Shown here in pieces: positions 13,401 through 21,074 of a stretch of 64,000 nucleotides of DNA (position 1 is the stretch's first letter; each line of letters begins with the position of its first letter). A model generated the notes under the pieces. The model was not told the origin of the DNA, did not search any database, and worked only from the letters and a program-made list of their open reading frames with translations. Position numbers and translations under genes: made by a program. Origin of the DNA: an uncultured Gammaproteobacteria bacterium (lineage in GTDB: Bacteria; Patescibacteriota; Microgenomatia; Levybacterales; UBA12049); NCBI GenBank assembly GCA_964507055.1, contig CAZDOJ010000001.1:1254758-1318757 (forward strand). The letters are read 5' to 3'.

Positions 13401-16400
13401 CATTTGCAGCATTGGCAGGACACTGAATTAATTGATTTGTTATATTGTCTCGGCAAACGGTTGTTGCTCCATTAAGACTTGTGTTGAGCGTTGTTAATTG
13501 GAGTGGACCAGCCAATGTGAATTGTCCTGAGTTACTGAGACTTGCAACTTCGGTACCAGATGTATTTTGGAATGAAAGTTCGTACGAAGGCCCAGTTCCT
13601 GTAACTTGATTTTGGAGACTGAAGCCTACATTGGTTGATGAACTGCCATTCCAGTATGCTCCTTGGAATGTTACAAGGTTTGAATTCTGTGTTTGTGTTC
13701 CGACTGTTGCATTACCAACGCGATTCAATGTAAGTGTATCTGTTCCTGATTGATCTCCGATTTCAACTCCTGAGAGAGCACCGATAACTGTTCCGTTGTC
13801 GGTAAGGTTTGAATCAGCGATATTTGAAGCAAGTCCTGGATCGATGAATCGAGCAAGTCTGTATTGATTACCTTGGCCCCCAACAACGCCACCTGTACCG
13901 GCACAGTTACCTGAAGTAACACAGATAGCACCATCTGCGTCAGGAATCGTTAGCACTCGAGTCGTACCAGTTGCTATCTGACTTGCATCAAAGATAAACC
14001 GCTTTGTGACATCTGTGTCATCGACGAAGTAGGTTGTTAGATCAGTCAAAGACTTGTTGCTGAGTGTCTGTGCTTGGTTTTGGAAAACGAATGTATCATT
14101 GCCTGTAAGAGCCGGTAGTGTTGCAGTTCGTGGGGCAGATGGAGCAATTGAATTGATTGTAGTTGTATTTCCTGTGCCGAGAACCAATTGATTTGATGTA
14201 GCGAGAGAGGCGAGTGAGCCGTTTTCACTGATGGTTAATGTATTTACGCCACCTGATTGGATAGCCAATGCAATATTTGTTCCAGCATTGGTATCGTTGA
14301 TAACAAACGCACTGTCAGTGCCTTGGTTGGTGAGTCGGAATGAAGCATCATCTGTCAAAGTGTCTGCAAGTGTGAATGAAATATCCCGAGCATCAGTTGT
14401 GAGGATGGTATTGCCAGAATCATACGCTTGTTGCAATGTTACGGCTGCAGCATTAGCAGGGCACTGTACGAGTTGATTTGTTACATTATCTCGGCAAATT
14501 GTGGTTGCGGAGTTGAGCGTCGTATTGAGAACTGAAAGTTGTGTCGCACTGCCAAGCACAATATTTCCTGAGCCAGCTGAAAGGGTGAGTGCTTCATTTC
14601 CTGTTGTTGCAATATCAGTCGCTGCTCCTGTAAAGAGTAATCCAGAGGAACCGATCGTCTTATTTGTCAGTGTTTGTGCCTGGTTTTCAAAGACGATAGT
14701 ATCATTTGCACTCAGTGCTGGAATGCTTACGATTCTCTGAGCAGCTTGAGCGTTAGCATTAAATACTACGTTATTGCCAGTTGGTCCAAGTGAGAGCTGA
14801 TTGTTGCTGTTTGAGAGGCTCGCTGTTGGGGCATGGACTTCACCTGCACAATCAAGGTTTCCGCTTGCATTGAAAACTGTACAACCTGTTGCAGCTGAAC
14901 CACCAGCTAAAGCTATATCACCAGAGCTATTTATTGAAAGTTCAGTTGTCCCTTGTGTTTCATTAACTAAATTGAGAGTACTGCCATCTACTAATATTGC
15001 AAAATCCTGCTCGCCTCCAACACCGCCAGTGGTATCCACGAATCGTAGAGAAGGATCTGAATTTTCAATTGTGATATCTCCATCAGAGGTTGCCGCACCA
15101 GAGAGGTAAAGGTTTCGGAAACGCTTATTAGCAGAACCAAGATCGTATACAGCATCTGCGGAAGGACCAATATTGCCACCTACTTCAACCAAAAAATTCT
15201 CCAGAGGATCTGGAGTTGTCCCTATGCCAACTTTACTGTTGGGAATCAGTAGGTTCCCCGCATTATCGGCGGTTATGGTCGGATCGGGCGAACCATTTCC
15301 AGCAGAGTAGAGTGTTAGACTGCCATTTGTTCCTCCTGTTCCAGTGTTGTTTGTTCCAAGAGCGAGGTTCGCTGTTGCTGCATTGAAGAAGAGCGTTGCG
15401 TTGCCAACTGTTCCGTTACCTCCAAGAATGAAATCATTAGCAGTTGAAGTAGGGCGGATGAAGTCACCGTAGGTTGCATCGTTATCAACGATGAATGGAG
15501 TAACGCCAGCAGAAGTGATTGCATTGTCGAGATCTTCCAAAACTGCTTGTAAATTAGTTGAACTTGCATTTGCAAGACTGTCATATACACCAACTAAGTT
15601 TGCACCTGATGTGTTTGCATCAGTACCTTCTGCATCAAGGGCAATTGATGACCAAGCAGGAAGCCCGTTTACTACCTGAAGGATCTTTCCATCTGTATCA
15701 CCGATTGGAAGTGCGTCTAATTCGTTACTCCCTGAAGCGAAAAGTAAGTCCCCTGTATTATATGAAGTAAGTCCTGTACCTCCGTTAGCAACTGATACTG
15801 AGCCATTGATAGCTCCAGCATCAACTGAGCCTCCAGGACCGACAGTTATATTATTTGATACAGCAACATCTGTGATACAAGACGCACAAGTTCCACGAGC
15901 TACAACATCTCCTAACGTAGAAATATCACTAATTGTCAGTCCATCTATAGCTATACCATCACCAGGTTGGAGTTCGATTTCACCTGTTTCACCTTGGAAA
16001 GCTGTCACAGTTTCAGGGGATGGAGGAATTTCAACTGAGATTGTAGGATTCTGTTCGTCACCTGAAAGAACGACATTGTCTCCAGCCACAATACTGTAGA
16101 GGATATTTGGTGCTGTTAGATCACCGGTAAACGTACCTGTTCCACCGACTTCAAGATTTTTGTCGATAGAAGTATTTCCGTTGACTTCAAGGTCTTTTTT
16201 CACTGAAACATTTTCCTTGAAGATGACTGGCAAGGCGAAGGTTACATTTCCCGCAAGCCTCACTTTACTGGTTTCTGCAGCTAATACTTCTCCATCTTGA
16301 GCCGAAGTAGTCCTGTAGTCAGATGTCTCGAAGAGAAATTTGAACTTATCTTGTTGATTTATGACCACAACACCTAGAACCAAAAGAATCGTTGTAGTAA

Positions 16401-16848
16401 TTGCAAGTGTTTTTGTTGAAGGAATTCTGAATTTGAAGGTAAGGGAGTCTGTGATTTGAGCCTTGATATGATCCTTGATGAAATCATCTTCGTAGAAACC
16501 GTTTCCGATCCAATTCACTAGCCTTCGGTAAAAATCTGCTTTCGCAATGTTATCCGGAAGGGTAGAAGGCTCAGATGCGATCTTTGCCAATTCAGACGCC
16601 GTCTGCCCTGACGGAGTATCTGTGGCATTAATCACTTCACCTTGTGCAGCAACGCTTGTTGCTTTCTGGATCTCGAGAAAATTCTCAAGCTGTTCTTCGG
16701 TGTACCCAATCTGCCCATCATGGGTAATCGTAGGCTTGAGGATGTGCAATTGGTTCCATTTGAGCAGCGTGTCAGTAGAGACTGCTAGTCTTTTAGCAGC
16801 CTCTTGAAGTGTTAGTAATTTTGGAGTTTTTGGATGGGCAGAATCCAT
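1..16848 (-). CDS. Giant membrane-anchored repetitive surface protein, 5' partial. It has an N-terminal cytoplasmic excisionase/MerR-like HTH, one TM helix and an extracellular region of more than 5,400 aa made of tandem repeats. It runs off the window start, so the true length is unknown.
   Basis: ATG at 16848-16846 on the minus strand. I translated frame 0 by hand to nt 1 with no stop: 16848/3 = 5616 codons exactly, and the final codon GGC occupies nt 3-1. N-terminus MDSAHPKTPKLLTLQEAAKRLAVSTDTLLKWNQLHILKP is an HTH_17/Xis-like pattern. TM segment TLAITTTILLVLGVVVI. After that come Gly/Thr/Asn/Ala-rich repeats with the recurring motif LC[IV]DxxxNxx[TK]C...SLQxAYxGGNTI. Every minus-strand ORF in the track for 1-16.8 kb sits in a single other frame, as expected if frame 0 is open throughout. 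Confidence 0.8.
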   Translation of the reverse strand, partial: MDSAHPKTPKLLTLQEAAKRLAVSTDTLLKWNQLHILKPTITHDGQIGYTEEQLENFLEIQKATSVAAQGEVINATDTPSGQTASELAKIASEPSTLPDNIAKADFYRRLVNWIGNGFYEDDFIKDHIKAQITDSLTFKFRIPSTKTLAITTTILLVLGVVVINQQDKFKFLFETSDYRTTSAQDGEVLAAETSKVRLAGNVTFALPVIFKENVSVKKDLEVNGNTSIDKNLEVGGTGTFTGDLTAPNILYSIVAGDNVVLSGDEQNPTISVEIPPSPETVTAFQGETGEIELQPGDGIAIDGLTISDISTLGDVVARGTCASCITDVAVSNNITVGPGGSVDAGAINGSVSVANGGTGLTSYNTGDLLFASGSNELDALPIGDTDGKILQVVNGLPAWSSIALDAEGTDANTSGANLVGVYDSLANASSTNLQAVLEDLDNAITSAGVTPFIVDNDATYGDFIRPTSTANDFILGGNGTVGNATLFFNAATANLALGTNNTGTGGTNGSLTLYSAGNGSPDPTITADNAGNLLIPNSKVGIGTTPDPLENFLVEVGGNIGPSADAVYDLGSANKRFRNLYLSGAATSDGDITIENSDPSLRFVDTTGGVGGEQDFAILVDGSTLNLVNETQGTTELSINSSGDIALAGGSAATGCTVFNASGNLDCAGEVHAPTASLSNSNNQLSLGPTGNNVVFNANAQAAQRIVSIPALSANDTIVFENQAQTLTNKTIGSSGLLFTGAATDIATTGNEALTLSAGSGNIVLGSATQLSVLNTTLNSATTICRDNVTNQLVQCPANAAAVTLQQAYDSGNTILTTDARDISFTLADTLTDDASFRLTNQGTDSAFVINDTNAGTNIALAIQSGGVNTLTISENGSLASLATSNQLVLGTGNTTTINSIAPSAPRTATLPALTGNDTFVFQNQAQTLSNKSLTDLTTYFVDDTDVTKRFIFDASQIATGTTRVLTIPDADGAICVTSGNCAGTGGVVGGQGNQYRLARFIDPGLASNIADSNLTDNGTVIGALSGVEIGDQSGTDTLTLNRVGNATVGTQTQNSNLVTFQGAYWNGSSSTNVGFSLQNQVTGTGPSYELSFQNTSGTEVASLSNSGQFTLAGPLQLTTLNTSLNGATTVCRDNITNQLIQCPANAANVDLQQAYQAGNTIDADNTYGDIEFNLANGSSAQFTLTNAGTGNGAFVINDTNAANQLALDIQSGGTSTLTVNENGNLITAGTISSGSVTTSGNVILSGVSSAITTGTNQNLTLSPNGTGEIILGKMTQLSVLNTTVNSATTICRDDVTNQLVQCPANAAEVTLQQAYDAGNTIDTSDGRGIFFNLTGGLTTPTSFNLVNNGNATGLNLTNTGTGAGVIINDTNAAANNALIIQSNGSETLRITEDGAIISISNISTSGNIATTGTGTITSAGLLSASNGLNVTNGATISGGLDNSNGGITNAGQITGITDLTASGTIQAGNLNATGAIQLNGANINTAGTLNNVAYLNQANVFTAGQTISTGGLSITAGGVTVAAGGANITGGIDNNIGGITNAGAISGATTISSGAITTTGTFTFNSVSTDITSGTNQDLTIDANGTGQLILSDLVQVTNLSNTVGDIVVCRNDDNQLSVCSSNALNVTLQQAYDAGNTITTTDGRNVSFVLSDTGIDSSFSLENQGSANAFVINDTNAGNGSNGTALAIQSNGTNRLTIGENGNLVTAGTLTSEATTNQIVLGLTNTTTISSIASSAPRTATIPALSADDTFVFANQAQTLNSKTIGTTGLIFDDAALDITTGNNQDLTVEASGSGEIILNDLVRVPTLSGNVGSTVVCRNGDNQLAVCSSNALNVTLQQAYNAGNTITTTDGRDIAFTLADTATDASFSLTNAGTASAFVLDNTNGATGTAIDIRNNGATTLTINENGTLSTQGNISTTGTGAITSAGLLTASNAFTVTTGTATFGGAIVANGNFTQSGATTFSTGTGSVTLNGATAVSGANTFTVGTGATTLGGTLSVTGTTNLNSTLDVAGLATFNGGVLVPSGQSFNASGSATFAPSGTNDVVFNTDTDSTVQFNGLGTTAGNALCIDGGNNLVLCNGAPFGLQAAYNTGNTIVTTDARNISFTLADVTTDTSFTLENQGTAPAFVINDTNAGTGTSLAIQNNGSTTLTINEFGTLSTSGNIATTGTGTITSAGLLTASNGFTQTTGALNLTATSGALNLSGLSASTIDAGVNNIIITSGNFNTTATGINGTAIGTTTPSTAAFTTLTSSGNTTLATTGTFTAGNTAGALTLNGSTITANLTDNAANALDIQEGANNYFNINTTNGAENISFGNGTTNPTYSFLGTGAAAFTGDVNANANLNTAGNFTQSGAGTFSTGTGSVSLNGATAVTGANTFTVGTGATTLGGTLGVTGIATFNNNIAQTGTGTLSTGTGNVSLNGNTAVTGANTFSVGTGATTLGGSLGVTGAANFNSTLDVASLATFNGGATVSNGQAFNASGSATFTPSGTNDVVFNTDVDSTVQFNGLQTTAGNALCIDGSNNLALCNGAPFGLQAAYNTGNTITTTDGRDIAFTLYDETSDAGTATSFTLTNEGSADTLVINDTNTGTNNAISIQSGGLETLFIDEDGNLTTSGNITTTGTGAITSAGLLTASNGFTQTTGALNLTATSGALNLSGLSASTIDAGVNNLLITSATFNVTATGINGTAIGTTTPATAAFTTLSSSGNTTLASAGSFTAGNTGNALTLNGSTITANLSDNAADAFDIQEGVNNYFNINTTNGAENIAFGNAATNPAFNFLGTGSLNLGSGTITTSATTANIFDTTATTINLGGVATAISLGANTGTTTVNNLLAVTDTLRVTPTGANGIELQPYGAGAGNTSEFQLYELTANGTEYTGFKAPDSMNSSIVYTLPSDAGSTDYVLTYQSGGLLEWKNANLVAGDISSVGNVLTGAAFSGTDAGNSLFFQGTTVDGNTIELVGEDATQNEQIILPANSGTIALIQPRIAQVATGTQALLFINEAGVATPNLLQLQTAGADSFVVDNNGNIAVNGGSITTNQTTANVFNSGVSTLNIGGDATDVSIASSSGTTTVNNDLVVTGTFSSNGISNLGDGGDLVNINGTDISLTANGTGTITNNIVNNIADAFSIRQGTNEYISINTTTGAQDISFGNMTTNPTFSFNSTGLATFGGSIAVNGGDITTTASSVNLFNTNATSLNLGGAATSIAIGAGSGTTTINNNGVIGGDLAINGGELTSGTSTFNLLNSGVTTLNVGGAATSLSFGAASGTTTVNNALTITGNTTANGSLTANGLVLLQPAGTDSVTIVSDADSFLNLPGLTIPVSSAYSLCVDAGDNVVKCPPSASTLQSAYDGGNTITTSDGRDISFTLADTATDSRFIITTATGSTAGTEFIRADGVGASDPNQMVLIDNADADRILPIGLRITSSGTSGVTTAIDVSDPTIVTALSFGANDLSGTNFSVAGGSGNITSAGDIAVNGGDVTTTAGSGNLFNTNVTTLNIGGAATTLVLGAATGTASINNATLSLPNATAIDAGAAALTIDSVTIGNGYGSTGTTLTNTGDISANGNLTIDGSSTLTGNITSAGDLALNGGDLTTTSPTFNLINATAATVNFAGAATTLSIGANTGTTTINNNLTVSDNLLVNGQTTLTPSGTNDVIINTDLDSGLYVTGLPTATGNLVCIDNGTDQITKCASNAISLQSAYDGGNTIDTTNAKDIAFSLENTATDANFTITTADGSTGSTIFQRADGNGTNDPTQLVLIDNADTDRALPVGLTISSSGGGGITTGIDLSDPTIVTGISLGVSSIAGTNFSVDGATGSITSNGDLALNGNDITTGTTGTATIFNTNATTLNIGGAATTYTLGATSGTGNIRGTTINFPNATALTASSALATFDSLSIGGSYGSTGLSITNTGNLSANGNLIIDGTSTLTGDITSAGDLALNGGDITTTAGTASLFNTNATTLNIGGDATVISLGDTTGLTTVNNDLTVEGDLTANSSVLFNPSGTNAITFNTDSDSPLFVTGLPTASGTLVCIDAGTSQVTKCAADAISLQSAYVGGNTINTTNNRDIAFTLANTATDSQFIVTTADDSTAGSVFVRADGTGTNDPSQLVLIDNADTDRALPIGLRISSSGGGGLTTALDVSDASIVTAIALGANDITGTNFSVNGGNGNITSAGDIAVNGGDITTTSGTANIFNANATTLNIGNAATTVSLGSTTGTATIRNATVSLLGTTLNANAATASFDALNVGNGFGSTGLTVTNTGNVSANGNLVIDGTSTLTGDITSSGDLALNGGDITTTTSGIASLFNTNATTVNIGGDATVVSIGDDTGLTTINNSLTVDNDLTANGTSTFTPAGTGTVTINTDTDSGFYVTGLDAAPNGLLVCVDNSTGQINKCASDAISLQSAYTGGNTIATTDARDIAFTLANTATDANFTITTADGSTGFTSFTRANGAGTSDPTQLILVDNLDTDRAVAAGIKIQSAAGGITNALDLSDAEIVNALSLGANNVIATNFSITGASGDITTSGDIAVNGGDVTTTQTTGNLFNTNVTTLNLGGDATTINLGASTGTIAINNQTISLPNATAINAGGALATLDAANLGGGYGSTGVSISNTGNIQANGTLTVDGISTLTGNITSNGDLALNGGDLTTTSPTFNLATANATTVNFATAATALSIGAGNGTTTVNNALTITGNTTANANFTANGQSTFNPSGTNGVSITTDADSFLNVSGLTTAAGTILCVDGSNNVVTCADNSISLQAAYDAGNTITTTSGRNIAFTLADDATDSNFIVTTATGSTGGAQFIRADGAGSNDPTQLVLIDNADSDQILPTGLTISSTGGGGITTALDVSDASIVTAIALGANDITGTNFSVDGSNGNTTVGGNIAVNGGNITTTQSSANIFNSTATTLNIGGAATSLTLGGTTGTANIRNATINFANATSFNAPNAAATFSAIEVGGGYGDTGITLSNAGNISANGTLTVDGISTLTGNITSSGDLALNGGDITTTAGTASLFNTNATTVNIGGDATVISLGAATGTTTVNNDLDVLGTGTFGGALTANSTFDANGASTFSPTGTDGVTVNTDSDSFFTLTGLTTPGVAGTTLCLDASDNVTKCGGATFSLQAAYNGGNTIATTDARDIAFTLSNTTTDANFTITTATGSTGGSAFIRADGVGTNDPAQLVLIENQDTDRALPVGLRIAGVTGGDITTAIDLSDANIVNAIDFGDNDIIGTQLSITGATGQITTSGDLAINGGDITTTSGTANVFNTDATALNIGGAGTAITIGATTGTTTIRNATLSLPNATTINALQATANFDALNIGDGYGSTGATIANNGTIQTNGTLTVDGISTLTGNVTAASDLAVNGGDITTGSSTFNLINTTATTLNIGGAATSVNIGAGTGTTTVNNALNVTGLATFNGGATVPSGQTFTANGISTFSPDSTNDVTINTDSDSFLTITGLTTTTGNLLCIDGSDNVTKCSAGSVSLQGAYNGGNTINTTNARDIAFNLTDTSTDANFVITTATGSTGGSQFLRADGAGANDPAQLVLIQNQDADQALPVGLRIAGVTGGDVTTAIDLSDANIVTAIDLGANDIAGTNFSVAGATGNITSAGDAAING
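8300..11450 (-). repeat. A second, more divergent tandem repeat family in the giant gene, period about 1.37-1.45 kb, at least 2 copies.
   Basis: The antisense ORFs 8624..8926 and 9962..10414 are clearly homologous (...VEPFNVKALPVLPAVN.../...VEPFNVNAPAVLPAVN...; ...TPASIVDAESPERFKAPDVAVKLSAPVV...). 9353-9874 and 10790-11491 are likewise homologous. Confidence 0.6.
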
Positions 16849-18248
16849 GTGTTTTACAAGATAAGTTCTTTGACTTTGAGATTTAGGCTTATAAAAATCT
16901 AAAACTCTAGCCTAATCTAACTTTATTATTATTAATATAGGTAGTCAAGTAAGAATTTACACTTTTCTTACATGTCCATATCTTAGAGTATTTTACTCAG
17001 CCGTAAAATGAGTAGGGAATTGATATATTTTGAATCTTTATAGTGGGATTTTATATCCTAAAAAACAGCAATGTAAGAAAATTCGTTTTACAAATAATTT
17101 TCCAGCTCATTTGTCACAAAAAAGCCCAAAAGGGCGGAGTTTATTAGATTCTAATATACCCTGATTATTTAGGGAGATGTGAAACGAAAATGTGAAAAGA
17201 AAAGACAATAAAAATACGAAATCAGCATTTTTAGTAACTTTTCATATTTGTCTATAGTGAGGTGTCGGCAGCTACACTACAGACAAAAGAAGGAGATAGC
17301 AAAATGTTGGCATTACTGCTAATTATTTTTAAGCACTGTTTGGATTGATGACACAGTGTCTTTCTAAAATCGTACTTTACTTTGGGAAGTAGGGTGGATT
17401 CGTGATGAAAAAAATATATATTCTAGCCTCGAGAAAATGAAAATAAATCAACACTTCATACTATAGCAATTTTATGTAATAAACTAGTCTTGAAAATGAA
17501 AGTATACTCATGCTTTTAAATTCAAACGTCATAAAATGCGTTTTAAGCTATGTAAATAAGGATAGGACGACCATTTCATTAATTATTTAACTGCTATTTA
17601 AAGGAATTTTAGATAGAGAAGTAGTATACGCCCTTCGAGTTGATACGCTCAAGCCTTTGCCTATTAAAAGAGAATAACCTTAGTTAAGAATAGGCTAGAA
17701 GTTAGTTGTAACAAAAAAAAGTATATATCCCATAGGTTACTTATCCACATCCCATAGGCGAAAAATGTGGAGAAGTGTGGAAACTTGAGCATGAATAGCC
17801 TCATTTAATATCTACTTATTTCTTACTACAAAGAGAGGACTACATAATTTAGCCACGCCACGATTCGCTACAGGATTAAATAGATGCATATGTATATTCT
17901 TTGATGCATTAAGCTTTTTGGTTTTCACAGTGATTTAGGAAATCTGGATAACATTAACGTAAATCGTACTAAAAAAATCTTTCAATGAGAAATGGAAAAA
18001 CTAATTTGTATACATTTTTGTTGTATGTGTTTCTATCATACGAAAGATTAAAAGTATATGTATGGAACCTTCAATAAAATGTCAGTAGAAGGGGAGATCA
18101 AGGCTAAAATAGAGTCTCAGTATTTTCTATGAACATAGAGATAAGCATAAAACAAAGAAAACGAACAGATTTTATTGTTCTATAAAATTGATCAAATAGC
18201 CTATTTTAGAAATATATTATTATAATAATTAATCCGCACTAAATATGC
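16849..18248. other. 1.4-kb AT-rich non-coding region. It could be the upstream regulatory region of the giant gene and/or a candidate oriC. It contains a cluster of DnaA-box-like 9-mers.
   Basis: No ORF of 60 aa or more on either strand across about 1.4 kb in an otherwise tightly packed window. It is visibly more AT-rich than the flanking coding DNA. TTATCCACA (9/9) at 17741-17749. TGTGGAGAA (8/9, reverse orientation) at 17766-17774. TGTGGAAAC (7/9) at 17776-17784. TCTGGATAA (8/9) at 17943-17951. Confidence 0.5.
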
Positions 18249-18560
18249 TTATTGTTTTTGAGGTTTTGATTGCGATTTTGAAGATGGATCAATCTCTTCA
18301 AGAAGGAGTGTCTCGATACCCAAGAAAATATGTACTTCATCTTTTTTTACCTTCATTACCGCCTGTTCAATCTTTAACTCTTTAATCTTCTGCTTATTGT
18401 GATAAAGATCGAGCTGCGTATGAATAATAGATATGAAGTTGGCATGCATAGGGTAGACATCGAACTTTCCAACCTCATTAAAAGAGGTTATACGCTCGGC
18501 TTCGCCTTCATAAATGGTATTTTCAGTATCTTCTACAATGACTTTAAGTAGAGTGGCCAT
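18249..18560 (-). CDS. atpC: F0F1 ATP synthase subunit epsilon
   Basis: 103 aa, lies directly downstream of beta. MATLLKVIVEDTENTIYEGEAERITSFNEVGKFDVYPMHANFISII is the characteristic epsilon beta-sandwich N-terminus. Confidence 0.75.
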   Translation of the reverse strand: MATLLKVIVEDTENTIYEGEAERITSFNEVGKFDVYPMHANFISIIHTQLDLYHNKQKIKELKIEQAVMKVKKDEVHIFLGIETLLLEEIDPSSKSQSKPQKQ

Positions 18561-18607
18561 AGTGTTAGCGTATCATGATCTCTCAGATAATCACAAGTTT
18601 GTACTTC

Positions 18608-20164
<1,557 letters not shown>

Positions 20165-21058
20165 TTATTCATCTTCAAGTGAAAGTACTCCAGAAATGGT
20201 TTCTAATTGTTTCTTGTTTTGCATAAGATGTTTGATACGAGTTTGTTCGACGTGCAGCTTTTTTGTTTCTTCTTCAATATGAACAAGTGCTTCTTCCATC
20301 GCACTTACACGGGAAGCATGTCTTGCAAGCTGGTTCTCAAGAAGCGTTTGGCTGAAAAGATTTGCCATGATCTGCGTTTCAAAAAAGTGCAATATCTTCT
20401 CTAAATCAGGTTCAAAAATAAATCTATCTTCACGTGGAATTTCAACTGGTGTTTCTGTCTCAAAAATATCTTCTCCACTGATACTTGTTTGAATAGGGGT
20501 TTGCTTAACGACATTTCCAAATTTTCCATAATAGACATCTACTTTGTCATATTGTAAAAACTTTTGCATAAGCTGTTTGATGTGATCAATATCGACAGAT
20601 GTGTCAGGGATTTCAAAGTACTCAAACTTTTTTCCAATACCAGATGCTTCATACATTTCTTTACCAGCACGCCCAATGATCACAATATCTGCATCATTTT
20701 CGTTTGATTCTTTTACATCCGCGATAAAAAGCTTATATGTTTTTTGTGTCACAGCTCCGTACAATCTTCCATTGGATGAAAGATATACAAGAAGTTTTTT
20801 TCCATTTTTTTGAAGAGTAGGGAGTATATTTTTGTCACCTTTTTTCATCTTATCCAAAAGCTCTTTGACTTCTCGTCCATACGATGATTTTAAGTCGACG
20901 TATACATCAGAAAGAGATGCAAGAAATGTACGAGTTTTTAATACAGAATCTTTAATCTTCTGCATACGAACAACGGCGATTTCCTCATACGATTCAGCTA
21001 AGTCTTTAAGACTATTCAATGCTTCTAATTCTTCTAATACAATTTTTCTTTGTGGCAT
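20165..21058 (-). CDS. atpG: F0F1 ATP synthase subunit gamma
   Basis: 297 aa between alpha and beta. It has a coiled-coil N and C terminus, and ...LARHASRVSAMEEA... is conserved near the C-terminus. Confidence 0.8.
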   Translation of the reverse strand: MPQRKIVLEELEALNSLKDLAESYEEIAVVRMQKIKDSVLKTRTFLASLSDVYVDLKSSYGREVKELLDKMKKGDKNILPTLQKNGKKLLVYLSSNGRLYGAVTQKTYKLFIADVKESNENDADIVIIGRAGKEMYEASGIGKKFEYFEIPDTSVDIDHIKQLMQKFLQYDKVDVYYGKFGNVVKQTPIQTSISGEDIFETETPVEIPREDRFIFEPDLEKILHFFETQIMANLFSQTLLENQLARHASRVSAMEEALVHIEEETKKLHVEQTRIKHLMQNKKQLETISGVLSLEDE

Positions 21059-21074
21059 ACATTTATTATATGGT

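Noticed and set aside
1308-15593. Short minus-strand ORFs (Q/L/H/S-rich) inside the giant gene
   Set aside because: All of them fall in a single alternative frame (start coordinate mod 3 = 2), the frame offset by one from the giant ORF. They are composition artifacts of the repeats.
293-16807. Many plus-strand ORFs of 60-416 aa (for example 3764-4699 and 6890-8140) that translate to VVAPVPA/SPPLTA-type low-complexity peptides
   Set aside because: They are antisense shadows of the giant minus-strand gene. Its GTT/GCA/ACA-rich codons lack stop codons on the opposite strand. The peptides recur with the period of the sense-strand repeats and have no start or stop context of their own.
17739-17760. 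Direct repeat TCCCATAGG x2 flanking the perfect DnaA box
   Set aside because: It is only 9 bp and occurs twice. It may be part of the origin or operator architecture but cannot be told apart from chance. It is folded into the oriC-candidate finding rather than reported on its own.
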